Under the pieces are notes generated by a model. The model did not search any database, was not told the DNA's origin, and saw only the letters and a list, made by a program, of their open reading frames with translations. Positions 1-11,034 of a stretch of DNA of 18,574 nucleotides are shown one piece after another. Both the position numbers and the translations under genes were made by a program. The first letter of the stretch is position 1. Every line of letters starts with the position of its first letter. Source of the DNA: Darwinula stevensoni (taxonomy: Eukaryota). The stretch is from contig CAJPEV010003263.1 of the NCBI GenBank assembly GCA_905338385.1, positions 10,432 through 29,005 of the forward strand. Reading direction: 5' to 3'.

Positions 1-1619
1 AGAGCTTGAAAATGACACAAATTTAATCTGCCTATAGAAACTAGGACAAAACTTATGGGCACTTACATGATGACCATGATGACCTGAAATAACTTTTTGG
101 TAATTTTCTACTTGCTGTACTTCAAAAGCAGTTGATCTAGGAAGCTGAAAGTTAGTTTAGATTAGTATATTAATGGACCCTGCAAATTCACAAAATTTCA
201 CCAAAATCAGAGGGGGTCAGGCCAATTTTATCTTCTATTATGTTGTTTTGACTTGGAATGACCTTTAACCATCATAAAAATTCCAAGAAATTTAGTCACA
301 TGTAAGTTTCGTTATCCTACTTTCCTCTGTCGTGAGTTTTGTCCTCTCATATGATCTTAACCCTTTCCTTGGCAGGGATACCCTAATGTTTCAAGAACGT
401 TGGCATAATATCCCATCAACGCCAAGGAAAGGCTTAATAAGAAAAAAAATCATGACTCACTTGTTGAATGTCAAAAGCTTCTGCTCGTTTCTTATAAAGC
501 TTAAGTGTTTTGCATGTTGCCTACAAATGCTAATGTAGCTTTGAAGATCGAAAAACTGAATGTTTAGTATGATGTTGGTACAAAGAGGAGCAGATAGGAA
601 TTTACTTGTGTACAAACATACAACAAACATATATATGATGCGTACATTGTCTATCCTGTGCATGTGGATCCTGTCATGATGGAGAGAACCATCTAATGTC
701 AAGAAAATGCCCCCATGTTCTTGGCATCCTTAAAGAATGTCTTATGTAGGTGCTCCACATGGCAAGATTCTGGAGTTGCCTCTGAGAGCTCTTCATAATC
801 TGAGGTTTACAGTGATAATGTGGACCTTGGATGAGGTTCTTAATATCGCTGTAAATAATAAGACCTTTTGTGTTGGTGACTTGGAGTCAAACATTGTAGC
901 ATTGAAAGGGTGGTTAAAATTCATGATTTGGAGTTCTTAGGGAGAGCTGGTCTCCTTCATGTTCTCAGGAATACTCTTTGTCAAGAAGAGACTGGGAGGG
1001 AAAAAAAAACTCAGGAGAAGCACCTGTTACTGCCACCAGATGAACTTGGCCTGATCATTCCTGTTTCCAACCCTGGGTCCCATGTTTCAGTCAGAAGCTC
1101 CTCATATATTTTATTTTTCATCTGGCAACAGGCAGAAGTGAAGTAGTTCTTAATTGGCAAGAACATAGTCATATGAAGGGTGGGGGGTTAATCATACCAT
1201 TTTCAGTTCCTTGTGCCCTGAAGACTTGGCATGCCTATGTGCATTCCATTTTGAGCCTTGGGAAGACTGGAGACCTCAAGACTGCAGTGTTATTAGACCC
1301 TACAAGCTAGAAAAGGTTCAGACAGAATATCGCTAAATGTTCAAGCATTGAGCTTAATAGTTTCACAGTGTTTGCAGTGCTTTTGATTACCACTTGCATG
1401 TGGAATATCCCATGCATGAGTGTCTAAGTCAAGTGAATAGTTATCTGACCCAATTGAAACATATTGTACTAGCCTTTCCAACATTCATCCTAGATGTTCA
1501 TGTGCAATATAAAGTAAAACAAAATGTTTCCTATATTTATGAAAGAATGAACCATTTTTGTATTTCTTGAACACTCTTGCTCATATTTCCTTGACCCTGA
1601 TTGTCTCATTTCTCATCAG

Positions 1620-1846
1620 GAACATACATCCCTCGAAAAGAAGTGGAAGTTGGGGAGACAGTATGTGCTCAGATCATCCGACCGAACCAAGCATTGAAGT
1701 TGAGGGCTATGATGGATACAAACGATCGAGAGGGGGCTCCTCGTGTGACAGGTGAAGAATGGCTTGTGAGAAAAGTTGGTGCATACCTCCCTGGAGCCTA
1801 TGAGGAAGTGGTTGAAGTTGTGAATGCTATTGTCCTCACTGACAAG
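1620..1846 (+). CDS. MVP: Major vault protein exon (first in window, phase-1 start): [76 protein letters not shown]
   Basis: Acceptor 'tctcatcag|g', donor 'gacaag|gtgaga'. The 76-aa translation aligns position-for-position with human MVP '[76 protein letters not shown]' (recalled from memory). Confidence 0.85.
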
Positions 1847-3712
1847 GTGAGAAGTCCTTTCAGTCAATTTGCACATTTTCATTGAATAATACCTTAGGAT
1901 TTTGCAGTCTGCAGAGTTTTTTTCCTTTTGCTGATTCATCACAATTGCATGCTTTCATGTATTGCCTACAAATGCCAGTATTGTTCTCAGGGCAACTACC
2001 ACATACGATACAGCCAAAGTCATTTTCTGCATCTAGGAATTCTTGCATTAAGATATCTATAAAATGGTCCTGAACTAAAGAGTAAAATTCAGTCTTCCAT
2101 TTGTGTGCATTCATGTTCATATGTTGCCATTTAGCTTTGATCAATATTTTATTTCCAAGAAAACTATAATTTAAACCTCTTGCAGAGTATGAATATAGAG
2201 ATCTTAGCAGTTCTAGATGTAAATTAATGGTATTTTGCTTTTTTCATTTTGAGGAATTGGTTTCAATTTAAAATTGAATTTCTGGACCCAGACCTTTTCT
2301 TGTCTTAAGATAGAGTGGACACAAAGCTTACTAACATAAATATGAAATGTTGAAGGGTGCTGCTACCACAAGAACTGCGAAGTTAAAACTTGCAGGATGG
2401 TAATAGAAAATTGTATTTTTTTTTTCTCTGAGTCCTTTGTTCTATTTGAACAGAACCAACTTGGAGCCATTGACAGAAATTTATTTTCTTAATTTTTTCA
2501 CTAATTTTGCCCTAGAACTTCACTGATCTTGCTCCCTTTTTCTTTTATTAGTATATTTGTTGCATTTTAATGAACATTAAAATGTTTATTAAAAATTGGT
2601 AATCCAGACCTTAGTGTAGGTTTTGAGTACCCCATGTACTGTATACTCTCTGGTTATCCGAGTCCACTCGTAGTAGGCAGTTATCATATATACATTTTAT
2701 ATTTATTGAATGGATAGTATAATTGCTGACTTTGGAAATCTCAATTGCATCAACTTGACACATTCAAACCACAATCAGAGATTTCTGATGCAAAATAGCA
2801 TTCACAGCTGCCTGGAATCAGAATTCTCCAATATGACACATGTCTTCATTGAATTTTTTTAAAAAGTGGAATAAACTACTTCAGGAAACTGAACATTTCT
2901 GAACATTCTGGTGTTTGTAACATTAATTTTTCAACACATAGCTAATTAATAATTCATTGAAGAGATTGCATTCATATAATGGGACTGAATGTGTTAAGAC
3001 TTATGAAGTGGGTATGATAGGGTAAGCCAAGTATTATTAAATTGACCACTTGAAGAATATAATAAATAATTTCCTTGCATATCATGCAGGTATCAAACTT
3101 GAACTGCATTTGAACAGTATTGAAGCCATTGCTACTGTGGCCAAAAAATTAGCATTTTTTTTTGGGAACTGTGGACTTGCTTCATGATATGATATAATTA
3201 TTAGGGACTAGCCAGTACCTAGTGAAAGAATGGACATTGAATGGCTTTACCCTCCAACCTGAGCACTTGGTCCTTTTCTGTCTCAAGAAAGGGTGGATGT
3301 GTGAACCTCCCCTTCCCCCTTCCCCTTTCAAACCTAGATCTGCATCACATCTACCATATATGCTTCCAACTGAGCCACTTACCTAATCAGGCTTTTGTAA
3401 CTTTAAATCAATTGTAGCTCCCTGAGTTTTAGTCACAAAGTGAGGAAATTGCGACATTTCGCACTTTCCTTTGATACCCATTTTACTTAGATCCAATCAG
3501 CAGGCAAGCAGAAGTTCCCAGACAAACAAACTGTTGCATTATTATATAGGTACAGTGATGGGTGCCTGGTTTTCACTGTTATTCTGATAGGCCTATATGG
3601 CATCCAGTGTCATATTTCCAGAATTTATACTGTGGTATCAATTTTCCATAAAAGTTTGGATGCAACATAATATGCCTATTCTGGGATGTTTTACTCTATT
3701 GGCATGTGACAG

Positions 3713-3949
3713 GAAGCAGTTCATGTGCAAGCAAAACGAACCTTCAAAGATGAGAATGGGAAGACACGACGCAATGGTGAGGAATGGCTAGTGCTTCAAA
3801 AGGACACAGAGACTTTTATTCCTGGTGTGTATGAAGAGGTGGTGAAGAATGTTCCAATCACCACCCTTACTAATCGCCAATACTGTGTCATCCTCAACCC
3901 TCTTGGTCCTGATGGCACTCCCCAACTGGGCCAAAAGAAACTTATTAAG
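3713..3949 (+). CDS. MVP: MVP exon: [79 protein letters not shown]
   Basis: Acceptor 'tgtgacag|gaagca', donor 'attaag|gtctgc', phase 0 at both ends. Matches human '[79 protein letters not shown]'. Confidence 0.85.
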
Positions 3950-4053
3950 GTCTGCATGTGCCATGCATTCATTCATTCATTTCATTCTTGGTTCATTTAG
4001 GCCAAAGTTGTCATATGGGAAGACATTGGGAGCTTTTATGTGGTTCCTTACAG

Positions 4054-4185
4054 GGTGAAAAATCCTTCTTTCTGCAACCAGGAGAGTGTTTGGAAAGTGG
4101 AATTCAAGATGTATTTGTCCTTGGAGAGAATGAAGGACTCATCTTGAAAGCCAGAGAAGCCTTGAAGGACAACTTCTATGATCCT
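4054..4185 (+). CDS. MVP: MVP exon: [44 protein letters not shown]
   Basis: Acceptor 'ttccttacag|ggtgaa'. Matches human '[44 protein letters not shown]'. The 3' end is placed at the weak donor 'cct|gtgtgc' because this keeps the spacing to the next conserved 'W' identical to human (19 aa). Confidence 0.7.
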
Positions 4186-4268
4186 GTGTGCACTCAGTCT
4201 CATTGTCAGCATTATGTGGTGAAGGGATGCCATCATCATTGTCTTTAGGTTTCTTCTCTTACTCCTAG

Positions 4269-4418
4269 GCTGTGGACAGGAGTCCTGGAGATAAGTGGCT
4301 CATCAGAGGTCCAGTCGAATATTTCCCTCCCGTTGAGGTGGAGGTGGTCACCCGGCGAACTGCCATCCCTCTTGACAAGAATGAAGGGATTTATGTTCGA
4401 GACATCAAGAGCGGAGAA
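4269..4418 (+). CDS. MVP: MVP exon: [50 protein letters not shown]
   Basis: Acceptor 'tcttactcctag|gct', donor 'ggagaa|gtgagg'. Matches human '[45 protein letters not shown]'. Confidence 0.8.
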
Positions 4419-4503
4419 GTGAGGGTCCTTGTGTCTCCAGTCATGAGCATTTTTCAGCTTCTAACATTGCTGTCTTCCATACTGATATTTGCTTCTGCAT
4501 TAG

Positions 4504-4751
4504 GTGAGGGCAGTGATTGGTATGACATACCTGTTGAACCAAGATGAAGAGTTGTGGGAGAAAGAATTACCAGAAGCAGTGGAAAACCTAATCGGACTGG
4601 GGAAGGATGTAGTTGCTGATAGAGGTCTTATGAGGGCAGCTTTGGCAGCACCACAAGGTCCAAAGGGAAGGGATCGAACTCGGGTTGTCACTTTCCGTGT
4701 CCCACACAACACAGCTGTCCAGATCTATGACTACAAGGATAAGAAGGCAAG
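4504..4751 (+). CDS. MVP: MVP exon: [82 protein letters not shown](R)
   Basis: Acceptor 'tctgcattag|gtgagg', donor 'gcaag|gtgagc', ends in phase 2. Matches human '[30 protein letters not shown]...[24 protein letters not shown]'. Confidence 0.85.
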
Positions 4752-4887
4752 GTGAGCTGTACTCTAACTAGGGTCTATCAATCTCATGAATTTGAGTGCC
4801 ATTGTCACCAATATTGACTGCAAAACATAATTTGGGGAGAGTTTGGAGCAACCATTGTTGACCCAATGTGGTACTTGAATTCTGCAG

Positions 4888-5085
4888 AGTTATATTTGGA
4901 CCAGACCTTGTGCTTCTGGGACCAGATGAACAATTCACTCAACTGAGTCTGTCTGGAGGGAAACCAAAGAAGCCAAATCAAATCCGGGCTTTAGGTCTCA
5001 TGCTTGGACCTGATTTCTGCACTGACATAGTTGTGGTGGAGACAGCTGATCATGCCCGACTTTCTCTTCAAGTGGCATATAATTG
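4888..5085 (+). CDS. MVP: MVP exon: (R)[65 protein letters not shown](W)
   Basis: Acceptor 'attctgcag|agtt', donor 'aattg|gtttgc'. Matches human '[66 protein letters not shown]'. Confidence 0.8.
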
Positions 5086-5197
5086 GTTTGCTCAACAATC
5101 TCCCATAAAAAAGATTTTTACCTAATTTTCAGTCATTAGAGGATCATTCTTGTTGAGGCTCATGGCAATAGTTTTTTCTCTTTATGATATCCTCCAG

Positions 5198-5339
5198 GCA
5201 CTTTGATATCAGAAATCACTCAGATGAGACAGCAACCAAGATCTTCAGTGTTCCGGATTTTGTTGGAGATTGTTGCAAGGCCATTGCTTCCCGCATAAGG
5301 GGTGCAGTTGCAGGTGTCAAATTTGATGATTTCCACAAG
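5198..5339 (+). CDS. MVP: MVP exon: (W)[47 protein letters not shown]
   Basis: Acceptor 'atatcctccag|gcac', donor 'cacaag|gtaagc'. Matches human '[48 protein letters not shown]'. Confidence 0.85.
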
Positions 5340-5618
5340 GTAAGCTTTGCCTATCAGCAATATCATTTTGCATTCAGGCACTTTTAAAATAGGGGGATGC
5401 AAACTGCCAGAAATTGTTTAGAAAAAATTTCAATGCAGGAGTTGCACTGGTAGTCATTTTTGCTGTTTTTGTCACAGGAATGTTAATACTTACCTTTGGT
5501 GCAGATGACTATGAAATCTAGACCTATGTTAGGTATTTTGCTTTCTTTTGTAATTTCACTGCAAAGTTTCTGCTGCTTTTACCTGAATGCTTCTTCAAAA
5601 TGATTGTTTGGCTTGCAG

Positions 5619-5830
5619 AACTCATCGAAGATCATTCGAGTGGCTGTATTTGGAGCAGATGAGATGGGCAAAGTGAGGGAAAAGATTATGTTTGACCAGA
5701 ATAACCTGGTGGTAACCAGCATAGACATACAGAGTGTGGAGCCAGTGGACCAGAGGACTCGAGATTCTCTTCAGAAGAGTGTCCAACTTGCCATTGAGAT
5801 TACCACCAACTCCCAAGAGGCTGCTGCCAG
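5619..5830 (+). CDS. MVP: MVP exon: [70 protein letters not shown](R)
   Basis: Acceptor 'ggcttgcag|aac', donor 'gccag|gtactg'. Matches human 'NSARIIRTAVFG...[35 protein letters not shown]'. Confidence 0.85.
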
Positions 5831-6180
5831 GTACTGCTGCTCTAGGAATGGTGGGGTGGAGCTATAATGTTCATCAAGCGATGCTAATATTGTTGTACAG
5901 GGCCTCTTTGTATTGAGCAGTGGTCCTATTTTCTCATAATTTTTTTAAAACTAACCTTTTCTGTGACTTTCAGGTTCCTGGGAAACTGGGCAACTTGAGA
6001 AAGAGGCAGGAAAATGCTGGGTAATGCAAAAGGAAAACCTGTTTGACAAATTGTGAAACTGACTTTTGAAATAGTGTTCATAATTTGATTGTATCATCAG
6101 GGACATAGCCAAGGAGGGTGTCCTGGGTGTCTGGACACCCCCTGAAAAGAAGCAAGATATGAAACAAGGTGTATGGGAGT

Positions 6181-6194
6181 GGGGGGGGGGGGGG
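6181..6194 (+). repeat. G14 homopolymer
   Basis: Direct read of the sequence. It is paired with a C13 run at 6280-6292, 85 bp downstream. Confidence 0.95.
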
Positions 6195-6279
6195 TGAAAA
6201 GTTTCACATATAAAACTGAAGTTTTGACTTGCACTCCTATTCCACCTTCTGAATACAATCACTCATGACCAATACAGTG

Positions 6280-6292
6280 CCCCCCCCCCCCC
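6280..6292 (+). repeat. C13 homopolymer
   Basis: Direct read of the sequence. Confidence 0.95.
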
Positions 6293-9209
6293 ATTTTGCT
6301 TCCATTGCTCCACCAGTTTTTTAGCTCCAGTAGTAAACCATGATTAGGGAGTAGCTTTCACCCACCATATTATGACTAATTCAAGGTTAATCCTTACCCA
6401 TATCTCTTTTCCTGCAAAAAAATTGTTAAATTTTGGGAAGAGAAAAGGGGGTCATTTTGAACTATGAGGTGGGTGGGGTTGAAGTCTCAAAACTTTCCAA
6501 GTTTTCCTCATTCCTCCCAACCCCTCACCTTCCTCTGCCACTTTGTCATCTCATAAGCCTGAAAGAGCCTCACAGGACACCCCCCAATATTAATTCCTGG
6601 CTATGTCACTATGTATCATATCTCTAAACTCTAAATTGTATTTCCTGAAAGTCTAAAATTTCCTATAGAGTTTAAGTTCTTTCAATAAAAAGCAACTATC
6701 ATTCACATTTTAATAAGAAAATTCAGATTTCCCATGCATCAGGCTGTGTAGTTTCAGCACAGCTCAAAAGTTTTCTCCCCTTGGCTCCAAGAAACATTTT
6801 TTTAATGGCTGCATCCTTAGTTTAGTCTTCTGTGAAGTGTCTTCAAACCTTAACTGAGCAAGGAATGCTTCAATGTGATGGTTCTTTGAGTATGAGGACC
6901 AAGAAATCAGAGGTTCTGATGAAATTATGGATTGTATTCTTTGAACACTTCCCCCTCCAGCCTTTTTAAATAACAAACCCTTATTGCAGAGATTTTTTTA
7001 TTTGTTAGCTGTGGAATGATGCAGTAAGGTTGCAAACAGAAAACAGACTTTTTGGTGACATATGAGGGACATCTGTAAGGCACTGCTGCCTGTTGTATGA
7101 GAAAAAGACCATCTCATTTCATGGTGACACCTCCTGAATTTCGAGCATTTCTTTAATTTTCCATTGTTGGCATAGTATTATGTTATATTTCTGAAATTCA
7201 TGCTTGCAAGAAGTCATGTGTTCATGCAACTATGAATGAATTGTGCACTAATGTATGTACCACTGTAAGAATTTGATTCATATTTAATTTTGGCTGTCTT
7301 ACAACATAGCATTTGCCTGGAGTGAAGGATATTTAGTAATGAGCTTTTGCATTGAATGGAGTAGCTCTATCCATGTGGGATGTCAACTGATAACTGACTA
7401 CATGGTCATGCTATCCACCAGAATATATATACTGCTGCCAAAATTGCCAGCATTCTTCATAGATCCAAGTTCACCCTATCTGTATAGGACATTGATCCCT
7501 TGCTTATGATGTGTCATGTTTGGGCTTGTTAATCTACCTTTGGTCTTGAAAGGTTGATTCTCCAATCAAATAATGTAATATTATTGAAAGGTTATAGAAA
7601 ATTATACAGTATAGGTTTTGGATTTCAAAAAGCAAATATCCTGCTTTCAAAATATCCTGGTTACCGCTCAGCCTTGATTGATCTATATTTATCTTATTAT
7701 CTTACTGCATCAATTTATTGTAATGAAATCATAGCTAATTTTGGTTGATATAATGAATGATCTGATGCAGTTCTTCAGAATACCCAATCATCAGCTGTCA
7801 ACTTTCTTGGAAAAGTTGACTGTGTAGCTGAAATCAATTGAAAGTTTCAGGAGTAAGACTTCAGTATGTTGCTAGCCAATTCTACTCCTCCTTCTACTGG
7901 AATATACCAGTGCTCCCTGCAAAGCATGCAAACATGTTGAGGCCAATACACTTTTGCTTCCCCCTGATAGGGTTTCCCCCTTCCTCTCCATGGATTAGGC
8001 CTGCACCTATTACCTCAAAGTAATTCTAGCCACCCCCCTGCCTAGGCCTATTTTATGTGAATCCTCCCTCAACCTCAGCATGAATGAGTGCATTACCATT
8101 TCCATCAGCCTAGTTCACTCGCATAGCTCATTCATTTTTGAGCTAAAAAAAAAAAGTCATTTGGCGTGAAGAATGGCAAAGGTCTTGGTGTTTTTTTCCT
8201 GAAAATATGGAAGCTTTAGGTCAAGCCAAATCAGACAAAATTGGAAGGGAAGCAGCAGAACGAAAACCGTTGTCTAAACTGTTACATCAGTAACACCACA
8301 TGCATGGCTTTCAACTTTTTTTCAACCATGGGAGAAATAAGACAATTTTGACCATAATAGGTATGGTATCTGTTCTCTATGAGGCACTGTTACAATAGAG
8401 TTTCTGGATCAAACCCTATTCAATATATAACATCATACAGGATTTCAATTTGAGTCTGGTGTTACGTCAGTAACTTCAGAACTGCCCTAATGCATTCTCA
8501 CATGCCACAGGAGAGATGGGAAGGCTAGATAATTTGGTTGAGGAAAAAGAAAGAATAATCCATACAGGAGATGAGAGTTTTCTCAGTCTAACACCCCTCC
8601 CTCCCTGCCCCTCAGTCCCTAAGCTAGTCCTCCCCCCTCCCTGGATGTGAGCCCCTATACCTCCAAGGCCTCTATAGTGGTGCTGCTTGCTTGTTTGCTT
8701 CAAGGATTTTCTGTGGAGAACCCTGGATATCATTTTTGTTCAATTCCCTATCTCTACATAGATGGATTTACCTAGAGAAACTTGATAAAGCTATTGATGC
8801 TCCATGACATTGTTGTACACTCTTCTTGAAAAATAGCTTACAAAACATCAGTGAAGGATATGTTGTGCATTCCATTTGAAATTTCTAAAGCAGTGATGAA
8901 GTATCACTAATGTCTATAGGAGCTAATTCCCTTGCCAGCAAATTGTCTAAGGTGGCAACAAATCATTAGGTGTTTTCTTCATCCTCCATGCCTGCTCTTA
9001 TTCAAATTCCTAATATAAAGCTGCTGTTCACTGCTGTATCTGACTTTGTTTTCCTTATGTAAGCAAACATCCTCACCCCACCTTATCATGCTATACTCTC
9101 AGTATGAATCTGTCATTTTCTAACTGTATGTGTTAAGCCAGGAGTAACTAGTTGTCTTTTCCAATTGTTTCTAAGTATTTGAAATGCCTTTTTGAATATT
9201 TCTCACTAG

Positions 9210-9318
9210 GCATGAGGCAGAACGACTGGAGCAGGAAGCAAGGGGGAGATTGGAGCAGCAGAAGATCCTGGATGAAGCTGAAGCGGAAAAGACTCGGCGG
9301 CACCTTCTTGAGCTTCAG
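9210..9318 (+). CDS. MVP: MVP exon: (R)[36 protein letters not shown]
   Basis: Acceptor 'ttctcactag|gcat', donor 'cttcag|gtttct'. Matches human '[36 protein letters not shown]'. Confidence 0.85.
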
Positions 9319-9781
9319 GTTTCTCACACCACACTCCCATCCATATTAACAAAATAATCATAATAGGAGAATTGTTCCACCCATAAGTATAGTGTGGATA
9401 AAAAAATTGGGGGGGCATGGGAACTCTGGGACACTATTCTCATACATGTGCCCCTCTAGCTCCACCTAATGCTATACTGCTGGTTGTGCCCTGTGGTGAA
9501 GCCATGTATAGCAATTGAATAGAATAGGAACCCTTTTTTCTGAAGTTGCATGTTTACTGTGACATACTTTGCATTGTCATGTATTGTCTTACCTGTAACT
9601 CAATAGAAAGAATGGATTTTCTATCCTTGACTTTTTCATGCTACTATGAATAGGAGTTTAGCTCATGATGTTGGCAGAGGATTCCAATGGCTAATCAAAG
9701 AAGTTGTTGCCACAATGACATTAGGCAGTATCTTGGTAAAAAATTGTTGAAGAAGAGGTTGCCTTCGTTGTAGAGAAAGTA

Positions 9782-11034
9782 CAGGGTTGTGCACATAAAA
9801 GTGGCCCCAGCACTGTCCATACAGTGTGGTTACTGTAGTACACCAGCACCTGTCAGTACAAGTCACCACACGTTTGGAAGTAGGAAGAAGAGTGTGACAT
9901 GTAATGCAGCGAGCGCCCCAGCCTGTGCCCTGGAAGGGAGTGTGTAATATGCCATGCTCAATGAGTCAACATATTATGATCATGGAGCTGTATATAAAAA
10001 TGGAGTTGTTTAAGCAAACATGCCAACATTTTCAAAAGCTGTTCCCATGGGCAAGAGTTCCATTTAAGAATGCCATACAGAAATTAGTTGCCAAGTGGAG
10101 GAAGACTGGATGTGTATTAAATGCAAGGCTTACCAAGGCATGGATGGACCATTTGTATGCCAGCCCTGGTGGCAGACATCCCTCAGTGCATATTGCAGAG
10201 TCCCAAGTAGTCTACCAAGAGGCTTTCCCAGCAAGTAGTGGCCTCCAGAAGGACTTGTCAATGAGTTTTGAAGGAGTTGACCTAGAACCCATGCTGTGTA
10301 ACTGTAGTTCAGGAACTGAAGCCACCAGATAAGCAGAAACATGTAGCATGTTGCCAGTGGTTATTGGAATCCATTGCTAATGGAAATGTGGACCCACTTC
10401 TGTATTTTGTGTCAGATGAAGCATGGTTTCATATGAGCAGATATGTGAACTCCTAGAACAACAGGCATTGGGCAGCTGACAACCGTCACTTGCCGCACGA
10501 AACCCCACTTCATGACCTGAATGTAGGGGTGTGATGTGCAGTGTCGGGATGTTGCATTGTCGGTCCCATTTTCTTTTCCAAAACCATCAATACCCCCCAG
10601 TATGTGGCCATACTGGAAGATTTTTAAAACCAACTCACTGATGAGGAGCAAAAGTACTGTCATTTCCAGCAGGACAGTGCAACACCACAGACATCAAGAG
10701 TGTCCCTAGCATACTTAAACAAATACTTTGGTGTTAACAGGACTGTGAGCAAAGATCTGTGACCCCCATGGTCTCTGGGCTTATCGTCATACAACTTTTA
10801 CCTTTGGGGCACACTAAAGGGTAAAGTTTATGCAAACAATCCCCATACATTGGATGAACTTAAGGAAAACATTCAGCAAGAGATTGCCTTGATCACAGTG
10901 CAAGAGTTGCGGGCTCTCGCTCAAAATATCCTGAAACGGGCCCAAAAGTGCATCAAAGTAGTAGAACACTTGCAGCACCTACTGTAATACAGCTAGCTAG
11001 GTATGCATGCAGACCACTTATGTGTGCCTTCCAG
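9782..11034 (+). mobile_element. Tc1/mariner-superfamily DNA transposon, near full length (1253 bp) but coding-defective, inserted in MVP intron 9
   Basis: The element is flanked by TA on both sides (9780-9781 and 11035-11036). Its termini are 'CAGGGTTGTGCACATAAAAGTGGCC' and '...GACCACTTATGTGTGCCTTCCAG', imperfectly inverse to each other. The interior encodes a transposase with motifs typical of this family. Confidence 0.75.
9949..10988 (+). pseudogene. Tc1/mariner (DDE_3-type) transposase pseudogene with an N-terminal HTH region and a DDE catalytic region
   Basis: N-terminus: 'MPCSMSQHIMIMELYIKMELFKQTCQHFQKLFPWARVPFKNAIQKLVAKWRKTGCVLN'. Catalytic region: '...KQKHVACCQWLLESIANGNVDPLLYFVSDEAWFHMSRYVNS*NNRHWAADNRHLPHETPLHDLNVGV*CAVS..IVGPIFF', then 'YCHFQQDSATPQTSRVSLAYLNKYFG', then 'WPPWSLGLSSYNFYLWGTLKGKVYANNPHTLDELKENIQQEI'. 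At least 4 in-frame stops and one frameshift between 10332 and 10345 interrupt it. Confidence 0.75.

Larger units (their letters stand above)
6101..6609. repeat. Foldback / MITE-like imperfect inverted repeat inside MVP intron 8
   Basis: The outer arm 'GGGACATAGCCAAGGAGGGTGTCC...' (6101-) pairs with '...GGACACCCCCCAATATTAATTCCTGGCTATGTCAC' (to 6609). The inner segments are also partly inverse: 'GAAAAGTTT..CTGAAGTTTTGACTTGC' versus 'GAGGTGGGTGGGGTTGAAGTCTCAAAACTTTCC'. Confidence 0.5.

Noticed and set aside
737-940. Plus-strand ORF with 'ILELPLRALHNLRF', faintly resembling the MVP repeat start 'VVLPNTALHLKAL'
   Set aside because: It lacks the G(D/E)EWL core that defines the repeat and has no flanking splice signals in the right phase (the next exon needs a preceding phase-1 donor). 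The similarity is probably chance.
1616-1942. 108-aa minus-strand ORF overlapping the first MVP exon
   Set aside because: It is the antisense reading of a conserved sense exon with clear splice sites, and has no recognisable protein features.
3597-3791. 64-aa plus-strand ORF upstream of and overlapping MVP exon 2
   Set aside because: It is in the wrong frame relative to the conserved exon, and its upstream part is intronic.
4665-4682. 'GGGATCGAACTCGGG' resembling a Pol III B-box (searched because vault RNA or tRNA genes could accompany MVP)
   Set aside because: It lies inside a conserved MVP coding exon (G-R-D-R-T-R), has no A-box at proper spacing, and has no T-run terminator.
5951-6262. 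103-aa minus-strand ORF rich in Pro/His
   Set aside because: It runs through the G14 homopolymer and the foldback repeat, and is low-complexity.
8476-8733. 85-aa Gly/Pro/Arg-rich minus-strand ORF
   Set aside because: It is a low-complexity translation of a C-rich pyrimidine tract (CCCTCCCTCC...) inside an intron.
10412-10663. 83-aa minus-strand ORF
   Set aside because: It is antisense to the transposase pseudogene.
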